The translations under genes were made by a program, and so were the position numbers. From Eledone cirrhosa (taxonomy: Eukaryota), in assembly GCA_964016885.1 (NCBI GenBank), contig OZ024741.1, forward strand, positions 336,722,001-336,786,000: a stretch of 64,000 nt of DNA, given 5' to 3'. Positions within the stretch are counted from its first letter, which is position 1. Each line of letters starts with the position of its first letter. Shown here in pieces: positions 52,998 to 64,000 of the stretch. The notes under the pieces are model-generated. The model did not search any database. It was given only the letters and a program-made list of their open reading frames with translations, and was not told where the DNA came from.

Positions 52998-55427
52998 ATG
53001 AAGACTAATCTTAGAAGCATGTTAATACAAGTCTGTCTGATGTTGTTTTTGTTACATAAGTCTTGCTGTGTGGACTTTATCTATCATGTAGAAGAAGGTC
53101 ATAACTCAGGCACCTATGTAGGGGACATTGGTTCCGATACTCATTTGATAAATAATGTTCCAATTGAAGAATTAGGTTTGGTCAGTTTCAGCCAGTTAGA
53201 ACAAGATGTAAACAATAGCAACCAATTATTTACAGTGTTTAAATCTGGAAAATTGTATACAGGCCAAAAGCTAGATGCCGAATCTCTCTGTAAATACAAC
53301 ACTGAATGCTTCAGAATGGTTGATGTTGCTGTTCAGAAGGAAGAATCTTTTATCAAGTTATTAGAAATCAAAGTGATTATTGAAGATGCTAATGATCACA
53401 AACCAATATTTCCCAAAAAACAGATCAATCTTCAATTTGATGAAGGTGATGGCAAAGGAATGACAAAATCAATACCAAATGCTATCGATAAGGATATCGG
53501 AGTTATAAATTCTCAAATTACATACCAGTTAGAAAAACAGGAAGAAGAACCATTCACCTTGGCTGTATCAAAAAGAGTGGATGAATCATATTCTCTTGGA
53601 ATTACTCTTAAAGATAAATTAGACAGAGAAAAAAAAGACAGTTACATGTTGAAAGTTATTGCCAGTGATGGTGGTTCTCCATCAAAAGAAGGTGTTTTAA
53701 ATGTCCTTATAACAGTTGCTGATGTCAATGACAACCCACCTCATTTTTCTCAGAATTTATACAATGTATCTGTAAATAATGGCTATCACAAAGACACACG
53801 TGTTGCACAAGTATCAGCTAGCGATTTAGACTCAGGCAAAAATGGTCAGGTGTCATACCATTTCAGTTCTAAAACCTCAGATGCAGCTAGATCAAATTTT
53901 GCATTGAAGGAAAATACAGGAGAGATATTTTTAGTAAAATCATTTGGTCAACGAAAAAAACTTCTATACAAATTATTTATTGAAGCTAGAGATAATGGCA
54001 GCCCACCTCTGAGCTCCATTGCAACAGTTTTGGTAAATGTTCTTAACCAACAGAACAATCCACCACAGATTGATGTGAAGTTTGTTTCCAAATCTACAGG
54101 AATAACAGCAAAGTTTTCAGAAGGGATTAAAGTCGGCAGTTTCATTGCATTTGTGAAAGTAACAGATAATGATGCTGGACAGAATGGAGAAGTTACTTGT
54201 GACCTTAAACATGATAAGTTTCTGCTGCAGAGTCTTGGCAAAATGAAATATAAAGTAGTTGTAAAGAATCCTGTTGATCGAGAAACTGAAAGCTATATCA
54301 ATTTTACAATTAGGTGCCAAGACAAAGGATTTCCATCTTTGAAAACAGAGAGAAATTTCTCCATCCAAGTTATGGATATTAATGATGTACAGCCTCATTT
54401 TTCAAAAGAATTATTTAAATTTTTAACCTATGAAAATGAGAAGCCATTTTTTCCTATAGGTTTTATCAATGTGACAGATCAAGACCTTGGAAAAGGAGGT
54501 CAACTTACATACACTTTATTAGATAAAAATAAGCATGTACTTCCTTTTGAAATTTCTAATTTTGGATTTATTTCAACAACACAATCACTGGATAGGGAAC
54601 AACAAGAAATATACCGTTTTCAAGTTTTTGTGAAAGACAATGGAACGCCACCATTAAACAACACAGCAAATGTTATCATTGAAGTCATGGATAAAAATGA
54701 CAATGCCCCATATTTTACATTTCCTAGTGTTAACCCTTTCAGCTTGGATATATACTACCATCCACAGAGTAAAAAAGATATCACAGTATTGAGAGCTTCA
54801 GACAGGGATAGTCATGTGAATGCTTTCCTCAGATATGAAATTTTAGGTGGTAATGATAGGCAGTTGTTTACCATTAATCCTTACACAGGTGCATTGTCAT
54901 TCTCTCGAATAGTTTATCAAAATGATGCTGGATCATATGATTTGAAATTCATTGTCAAAGATAGTGGCATCCCAGTTTTATCCAGAATAACTACTTTATC
55001 TTTGACACTTACAGTTAGTAATAAGACATCTATAATGTCAACTACAACAGATATCAAATTCGATGATAAAATCCACATTAATCTTGTAATAATTATTTTA
55101 TTGGCAGCTGTTATAGTATCAGTAGCTACAGTGGTGTCAATAACAGTATGTATTGTACGAAGAAACCATCAAAGAAACACAAATTACAGAGCAAATGTAA
55201 ATACTGCTAACAAAAGTATGAGTGCCAGTAGACAGCCTGGATATGATAGTGAACAAATGACACTTCAGTATGATGTCCCCGTCCCTGTGGCAACATCTTT
55301 TAGCAAGAATAGGGGCTCTCTGCCCTCTGGATTAGGAAGACAATCTCATCCTGAATATGCATTACCATACAAAAAAAATTCACTTTCAGGAATGTATTGT
55401 TCCACCAGTCGAGGAGGAAGTTTTCAG
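52998..55427 (+). CDS. Protocadherin, large first coding exon (signal peptide, 6 cadherin repeats, TM, proximal cytoplasmic region)
   Basis: Motifs LDAE, EDANDHKP, LDRE, DVNDNPP, DGG.P, DINDVQP, DKNDNAP and hydrophobic TM LVIIILLAAVIVSVATVVSITVCIV; acceptor tttcag at 52947; ATG 52998 (or 53019); donor CAG|GTAAGT at 55427/55428 (phase 0). Confidence 0.93.
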
Positions 55428-55597
55428 GTAAGTTGTATTTCACACAATTATACATATGTCTCTGTGTGTGTTTTTTTCATGAATTGTTTGTGTGTATAAG
55501 CAGCATTTACATTCATCTATTCATGTATCTATCTTTCCCCACCGCTCATCATCTCTCTCTCCCTTACCTCTTCACCTCCCTGTCTAACTGTCTATAT

Positions 55598-55659
<62 letters not shown>

Positions 55660-58600
55660 ATATATATATATATGTTTGTGTGTGTGTGTAATGCATGTAA
55701 GGTAAGTCATTAACCTGTAATCTGTAATAAATTATCAACAATTCTTAGAAATAAAGACAAAACCAAAAACAACATTCCATTGTTATCGTCAATTAAAACT
55801 CCAAGAAAGACAAATTAAAGAAATTATATTGTTAGAACATTGGATAGAGTGCTTTGCAGTATTCATTCTGGTTCTCTATACTTTAAGTTCAAATCCTGCT
55901 GAGGTCAACTTTGCTTTCCCTCCTTTTGAGATTGATACAAAAAACTACCAGTCTAGTACTGAGGCCCATTCTCCCTTTATATTACTTTTCCACTTCTTTT
56001 TCTCTCTATCATTTTCTAGATGAAATCTGCTTTACTCAGGCCTCAGGTGGGGATAGGCTCCATTTTAAAATGCCCTAAAAAATGCCATATGTCATTATGG
56101 TACACCTACAACTCCATCAGGAGTTATGGGTCCATGATATACTATGTCATATTAAAATTATTGAAATGTTGTTCCTTTAACCAATATTCCAGTATTTTAG
56201 TTATAAACATAGTATGGTCAGCTTTATCAAATCTTGCCTGTCCCTGATCCCTACTAAAAGGTACTCAGTCTTCTCTAGCAGAATATAAGATTGAAATGAA
56301 TCAGAATGTATGCTTGATAGACAAAACAAATATATACCAATTTCAAATTCTCCTAGAACTATTGTATATGCCTGTATAAAGGCCGAGATATATGGACAAA
56401 AGAAAATCGATGGTAAAATGGTGGGAGGGAGTCAGCTTGTATTCGAAGTCAATATTTTGCTGTTTTTCACCAACTTCAAAATTCTACATAATTTGAGGTG
56501 AATATTACACTGGTTTCACTTTGGAGGTGAATATTTCACCAATTTCACTTTGGAGATGAATGTTACACTGGTTTCACTTTCATTGTGAAATTCATGCTTC
56601 CTATTGTTTTTTTTTATGTTTTGGATGAATATGGCCTTCAAACTGTTGGAAATTAGTAAAAATTCATTATGTAATGGAATAGTGAAACAAAAACTATACT
56701 TTAAAAGATACTAAGAACATTTTAAATATCAAAATATTAAAACTGCTTGAATATATTTTCCATTCATTGATTACCAGCCTCAGCTTATAAACAGGGTTTA
56801 GAATTTTGCCTATTTCTCAGACATAAAATAGCGGTCAGCTTAAATTCAAGTATATACAGTATTTATTTACATAAGAAAGTGCAGGCGTTAATCTTCTCTA
56901 GATCCTTATTATCAGAGTTCACATCCTATTAAGTTCAACCTTGTGCTTTTTTATCACTTCAACATTGATGAATAAAATATTAATTCAGTACTGGGATTAA
57001 TTCTTCTCTCTCTCCTTTATCCCTCCACTTTCTCTTGTTTGCCATCTCTCTCATTTTCTGTCTGGATAAAATTGGTCAAACCTAAAAAGGGATAGACACC
57101 ATAGATATTAGATGTCCAATGCATCGCTGTATGTTATAACAGCACCCTTACGATTCCATCAGGAGCTTCAGAGTTCAAGAAAGGAAATTATTTACATAGG
57201 TAATGCAAAGAAGATGTATTGAAGTAATAACAATAAAATATATAATGACACACCAAAACAGCGTCTTAAAACCCTACCCTTTTCTCAACCATAGGTGATA
57301 CACCTCCAACTGACATAGTTACAAAGTGTCAATCAGTTTCTATGGTGTTCATACTACCACTATTCAACAGTAGGATTCTAAACTGATCCTTCTCTCCACT
57401 AAATTCTTTAACCTTTCTTTTTTTATGGGCAGCTTACTATGAATTATGGCAATGTAGGGCAAAGTGCTATGAAAGTCAACCACTTTGAAACTGAAACTAA
57501 GTTCAAAGCTCATACTAATTATAATTCCTAAACTTACTTCATTAATTATACTAGCACCCTCCTTACTACTACGTTTCCTTGCAGTAAGCATCCCTGGGTA
57601 ATTTCTTCTCACTTGTTCTTATAGTTATTTTGGTCACTGACACAATTCAATTCCAAAATTTTGAAATCTTTTGCTAAGCTATAAAAACCTTTAGGGAGGC
57701 TGTTACATGTTGCATAAAGATAACAACTATGCAACAATTTCACTTTATTATCATCAACAGCCTCATTGTCCTTATTTTATGCCTATTTTCCCTACTAGCA
57801 AGTTCTCAAGTGATGCTACTAACTTCTCAGATGGCCCTGGAGCCTTATATATGATCCTGCACTCTAATCAATGCATTTTATTGTGATATTAACAGTAATG
57901 AAAATGAAGAGTCCATCTTCGGCAGGTTTTCAATATGTATTGGGTGTATTTATTGTGTAGATCACCGACACTAGGGAAGTTGTTATGTCTTTGAGATATC
58001 TGAAGCATCCTCTTGAGTCTTATTATATCATTAAAAAATGTTAATGACATTATTCTACTAAAATAGTAAGTGTAGTAGTCTGGTAATTTACAAAACTGTA
58101 AAAGAGAAAAATAAATTTGATAAATAAATAAAAATATTTCTAAGGTAAGCCATGTTTAATTTGCTTCTTAGATATATACAAATGGTCCTTTGTTGTTTAA
58201 TCAATGCCTTGTGAGCGGAATTTGGTAGACAGAAACTGTAGAAGTTTGTCGTAAATATGTGTGTGCGTGTGCATTTGTATCTGTGTTTACTTTTGTGTCT
58301 GTGTTTATGTCCCATAACTTAGCAGTTTGACAAAAAGGATTCAATAAAATATGTACCAAACTAAAAAGTCTTAGTACTGGAGTTGATATGATTGGTTAAA
58401 ATCAAGTTTCTGCCCCAGCATGGTCGCAGTCTAATAACTGAAACCAGTAAAAGAATAAGAAAACAAGATTTCTGTAGCTGTTATTTAACCCTGTGTCAGC
58501 CCTTATTAAGTCAACCTATGATCAAAAGCATTCCAGCCATGACTAGCTCATCTTTCTCTATAGTCATAGCATATCTTACACTACATAAATCAAATGTGTT

Positions 58601-60130
58601 CCTCCCTTTTGAAGTCAGTGGAGATTCAATATGGCACACTGTGTGACAAGGTTGGCCCTTTAGATTATAGGTACAACTCATTTTTGTCAACTGAGTGAAT
58701 TAGTGCAACATGAAATGAAGTATCTTGCTCAAAGTCACAATGCACTGTTTGGAATTGAACTCAAGACTTTATGATCATGAGCCAACCACCCTAACTACTA
58801 TGGCACATAGCTCCTCACCAAGCTACAAATGTACCTGCTCCTACTGAAACACTAAACTATCTACTAATACACTAAACACCTGCCAGTTTCATAGTTGTTG
58901 TTGGCATACGCACATATTCTCCACTAGAGAATGTGCACTTTTTACCAATAAGATCTTTGAAAATTGCGTTTTTTTAAACTTTACTAATATTAATGTGTGG
59001 TTCTATAACTCCTGTTGGAGTCATAGGGGTGACGTAGTGGCATATGGCATTTCTTGGACATTTTTTAAGCCTGGCAGAAACCATTCCTCTCTATGCCTGA
59101 ACTCAGCAAATTTCTTTCAGAGAAGGATAGAAAGAGTGAGAAAGTGATGTAAAGGAAGAATCGACCCCAATACTAGACTTGTATTCTTTTACTGATCGTG
59201 AATTGATGAAAGGTAAAGTTGACCTCAGCAGGATTTGAACTCAGAGAGCGGAGAGCCCCATACAACAAAGTATTCTACCTGATGTTCTAATGTCTCTACC
59301 AATTCGTCACCTACTAATACTTATCCTCTACTAATAAACACAATTAAGACATTTAAGATAATATCTGAAAATCTGAACATGTTATTCAATACATATTGAT
59401 GGGATTAACTATTGTTCTGTAAGAATTTTATGAAATAAATGTAAGAAAATATTGTCATTGATGCATTCCATTCCTTCAGAGTCTTTAGGTTTGGGTCATT
59501 GCCACTCTCATACGTCATTTCTAGCCCTTGTTTATTTCAAACATAATTTCTTTTACAGTCTTAATGTCATCTTCTTGTCTCAATTATTCATATTTATTTT
59601 TTAATGCTTTTTACCTGTTGGTTTCATATTGTTCTATAGAACTTTCTCACTCGAAAAACAAAGGACACTCACATACATATATAAGCATGTGTGAAGTAGA
59701 AAACGGTGGCAATTGAACATTTTGAAAATAGAATTAGAAGCTTTCACCTACAACTATTGATTACTGAAAACAGTCTATTAGGGCATAAGAACACCTAATT
59801 TTTCCATTATCGGGTTTCATATGTCCTAATATTAGACTATTTTCTGTAGTCAATATATACTAAAAGCTTCTATATATATATATATATATATATAAACACA
59901 CATGTATATTTGTGTGTGTTTGTGTGTGTGCAGTCTTGTCTGATAACCCAGTAACAAGGATAAACTCTAGAGCAAACAGGTGACTGACTGAATAAATGAT
60001 AAATCCCTACTGAGTTATTGAGTACTCACTTCTAAACACACACACACACACATTTATCTTTATATAGCTTCAACCAAATGATTTTTTTTTTCTTTTGTAA
60101 AAAATGCACTATATTTTTTTTTCCTTACAG

Positions 60131-60151
60131 GAAATAAGACTTAACGACTAA
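60131..60151 (+). CDS. Candidate short terminal exon of the protocadherin (EIRLND*)
   Basis: Strong polypyrimidine tract plus ttacag acceptor; in frame with the phase-0 donor; unverified. Confidence 0.3.
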   Translation, partial: EIRLND

Positions 60152-60305
60152 GTCATAATATTTTTCAATTTTTAAAAGATATTTTGATTATTATAAGTTA
60201 AAAATAAAGGGTGGAAAAAAAAACTCATTCAAATTTCTTTTATCCGTAATTTTTTATTATTGTTTTTTTTTGTAATTATTATTATTATCATTGTTGTTGT
60301 TGTTA

Positions 60306-60355
<50 letters not shown>

Positions 60356-60962
60356 GTTATTATTATTATTATTGTTGTTGTTGTTTTTGTTTTATCTTTA
60401 AATTGGTTGTGTTTTGTTTTTTTAAATGTATTTATGCATGATTTAAAACATTGGAACTATTCAAACCTAAGAAGGTTATATTTCTACCTGTAGAGACAAG
60501 TATCAGTATGGTGTGTCAAGATAATGTACAAACCTTGGCCAGTTTTGGTGTTTAATAACATCACATATATAATATCATAAACATCAGCATACTCTTATGA
60601 CCCATTAAAGGGAATGGCACTTCACATGTTATTTTTGATCATTTTAATTTAACTCAAACATTAAACATATATCGTATTGCTGAACAAGAGCTGTGTGGAG
60701 ATCATGTGTTATAAAGCTGTCGTATAAATAAAAGGATTTATAACGACAACAGAGATTAGTTGTCAGAGCACTGATCAACTTATATTTGGGGATTTTACAA
60801 TATATTGACAGTCATGCATGTTGATCTGGTGATCATGTTAAATATGGAGAATTAAATATAATTTGCCTTTGTCTGTCGACTCAAAATATACCACAGACTC
60901 TTATCAATTCATTGCAAAGTTAAAACATCTAATTAAAATTTGATTTTACTTTGAAACAGATG

Positions 60963-60994
<32 letters not shown>

Positions 60995-61097
60995 TGTATG
61001 AATATGTATATGTATGTATATTTATATATGTATGAATATGTATATGTATGTGTATATATATATACATATATATATATTGATAGTCGATCGACAAGTA

Positions 61098-61350
61098 AAG
61101 GCACGTGGCTGAGTGGTTAGAGAATTAGATTCATAATCATGACGTTGTGACTTTGATTCCCAGACCTCGGGATCCGTTATGTCCTTGAGCAAGATACTTT
61201 ATTTCACGTTGCTCCTTCTGCCTGGAGTTGCGACCAACAGATAGTATTAGCAATTGGAAAGACCAATGGAAACACTGTTTCCTTGGTCCGATTTGACGAG
61301 CTCCACCACACTCGTTAAGTGAATGAGGTCTGGGATCTTGTCGATCGACT
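61098..61350 (+). mobile_element. Second CORE-SINE family copy
   Basis: A box TGGCTGAGTGG, CORE, and tail as in 48143-48356. Confidence 0.72.
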
Positions 61351-61427
61351 GTCGATATATATATGTATATATATATACATATGTAAGTATATATATATAT
61401 ATATGTATGTATATATATATATACATG

Positions 61428-61474
<47 letters not shown>

Positions 61475-61649
61475 ATATATATATGTATGTATATGTATGT
61501 ATATATATATATATATATATGTATGTATATGTATGTATATGTATGTATATATATATATATATATGTATGTATATGTATGTATATATATATGTATGTATAT
61601 ATCTATATGTATGTATATGTATGTATATATATATATGTATATATATGTA

Positions 61650-61696
<47 letters not shown>

Positions 61697-61707
61697 AAAA
61701 AAAAAGG

Positions 61708-61866
61708 ATCGATCGACTTTCGTCAAATCGGACCGAGGAAACAATGTTTCCGTTGGTCTTTCCAGTTGCTAGTACTATCTATCGGTCGCAACTCCAAGTA
61801 GAAGGAGCAACGTGAAATAAAGTGTCTTGTTCAAGGACATAACACATCGCCCGGTCCAGGAATCGA
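61708..61866 (-). mobile_element. Second CORE-SINE family, truncated copy
   Basis: Homology to 48143-48300. Confidence 0.7.
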
Positions 61867-61984
61867 ATATATATATATATGTATTAAATTATTATGCTCG
61901 GATTTACTACCTGAAATCTTAAACATATTTCTACAGGTGATATGGTGGATGATTCTGATACTCTGAGACATGACTTCCTTAATC

Positions 61985-62046
<62 letters not shown>

Positions 62047-62145
62047 TGCATATGTATGTATATATGTATGTATATGTATGTATATATATGTATGTGAGTA
62101 CATGTATGTATGTATTTGTATATATATATATATATATATATATAA

Positions 62146-62329
62146 AACGAAGGAGTTGTGGTAAGGAACCAGATGGACCATAATGCACCAGAGTACTCAA
62201 TACTTAGGGTAGTAGAGTGTGTAATAGGAAAAAGTATGACCTCGACAGCAGAGCTCAAGCCGTTTCAATGTTCCATCCAGAAATAGCCGTTGAAATGGCT
62301 ATTTCTGCCATCGGGGTCATACTTTTTCC

Positions 62330-62331
<2 letters not shown>
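62146..62331 (-). mobile_element. Fold-back element family A
   Basis: Homology to 1638-1833; inside (TA)n. Confidence 0.72.
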
Positions 62332-62411
<80 letters not shown>

Positions 62412-62672
62412 TGAATAGAATATAAGTTTGTTTACATAAGTCTGTTTACACAGAAGTATATGATTTAAGTATAGAGCTTATTTATATTCTAAAGTAATTT
62501 GACATAAATAAACACACATTTAACTCAAAACACATAATATACACAAATACGCCAGAAAAAATAATCAAACTAGAAATTTAAGAAAAAAGGGGTACAAAGG
62601 ATATACATGAAAACATGTTGGAATTGGGAATATTTGAAGGTATCTCTGTAAACTCATTTTTGCTGTATACAG

Positions 62673-62831
62673 ACATATGTTCAAAGACTGCTGGGACATC
62701 TTGTAGTGAGAAAAATAAAGAAACTACAGTTAATGCCCCTTACCGTTACAGTGAGATGTCTACAATATCTTGTGCTGATAGTGGACGTGGCTTGAGCAAG
62801 GCAGATTCTGAAAACTATAAAGATCTACATG
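62673..62831 (+). CDS. Probable protocadherin cytoplasmic exon (phase 1-1) with DSGRG motif
   Basis: Acceptor tgtatacag and donor G|GTATGT; 159 nt open; encodes SEMSTISCADSGRG, resembling the DSGxG motif of protocadherin tails. Confidence 0.65.
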
Positions 62832-62931
62832 GTATGTACTCAGAACTATTGATTTAATTATATTTAATTATTTCATAGCATTGTTCTTAATTAGGAAAGA
62901 AAGTCTTGTTAGGGAGAGAAAAACTAAAATC

Positions 62932-62981
<50 letters not shown>

Positions 62982-63021
62982 TATATATATTATATATATA
63001 TATATATTATATTATATATAT

Positions 63022-63054
<33 letters not shown>

Positions 63055-63061
63055 ATAAATG

Positions 63062-63100
<39 letters not shown>

Positions 63101-63116
63101 AGTACAGCTTTGTATT

Positions 63117-63159
<43 letters not shown>

Positions 63160-63580
63160 ATCTATTTTGAAAAACAGTATTGAAATCTTTCTACAAATTA
63201 TATTTATTTGCCTGCTTTTACTGTTCACGTGGGAGCAAACTTATGTTTTGTTTTTGTTTTGTGTTTTTTGAGAATAATAGAAATTCCTTTTAACCCTTTT
63301 GTTGCTATCAGAAAATATGAAAATATAGAGAAAAAGATATTTTATGTACACTGAAACCTGGTTGTTTTAACCTGGCATTATAATTGGTTGAATTATAGTT
63401 AACAGTCGCATTCATTTGCATCACAACTAGTTTATTTTTGTGGTATAGAAAATTCAATTAAGCTTTTCTAAATTTCTTATTATAAATCAACTATTTTAAA
63501 CAAATTATTTACATGAGCAGCAGCTGAAGAGTTAATCGTACTTCCATATTTTGAAACTTATGTGTGTGTGTGTATAAATA

Positions 63581-63676
<96 letters not shown>

Positions 63677-64000
63677 CACACATATATATATATATATATA
63701 CATATATATGTGTATGTGTGTTTAAATATAGAAGTAAGTTTGGAATGCAGTGAGCAAAATTTAGAATTGAAATAAAAATAGATACTTCACTGTAATACTT
63801 TTGACTATATAATGTATTCTAATGATGGGGTGTATAAACCCACTGAATGGAAAAAAGATGGGTATTGCCAAATGAGAGGTGTGGGTTCAAATTCCATGTG
63901 TACTGATACCCATCTTTTTCTGTACAGAGGGTTTATATGCCCTGTTATCAGACTATGAGATACACTCAAGAGGTTTTGAGATTATCAGAGAGACATTTAT

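Overview
AT-rich, microsatellite-saturated animal genomic DNA, most likely from an octopus or other coleoid cephalopod. This is inferred from the protocadherin type, the CORE- and Nin/Deu-domain SINEs and the (TA)n density, not from a database search. One host gene is visible: a protocadherin whose six cadherin repeats, TM segment and proximal tail lie in one large exon (~52948-55427, +), with a probable downstream cytoplasmic exon carrying a DSGRG motif (62673-62831). The rest is mostly transposon debris: a Tx1/L1-type LINE fragment, three RTE LINE lineages, two SINE superfamilies, mariner- and hAT-type MITEs, a non-autonomous Helitron and several minisatellites. The main observation is a set of about eight distinct short non-coding elements in or next to (TA)n tracts. 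They carry type I hammerhead-ribozyme folds (CUGANGA...GAAA...NUH, mostly with a very short palindromic stem III) and often occur as fold-back inverted pairs. This matches Penelope-like pseudo-LTR or retrozyme-type remnants. Variants include branched or long stem II, a family-wide CAGAAGA core, and half-ribozymes folded back exactly at stem II. Inverted copies of neighbouring host DNA accompany many insertions. All folds and alignments were done by eye, and most small ORFs in the track are microsatellite or antisense artefacts.
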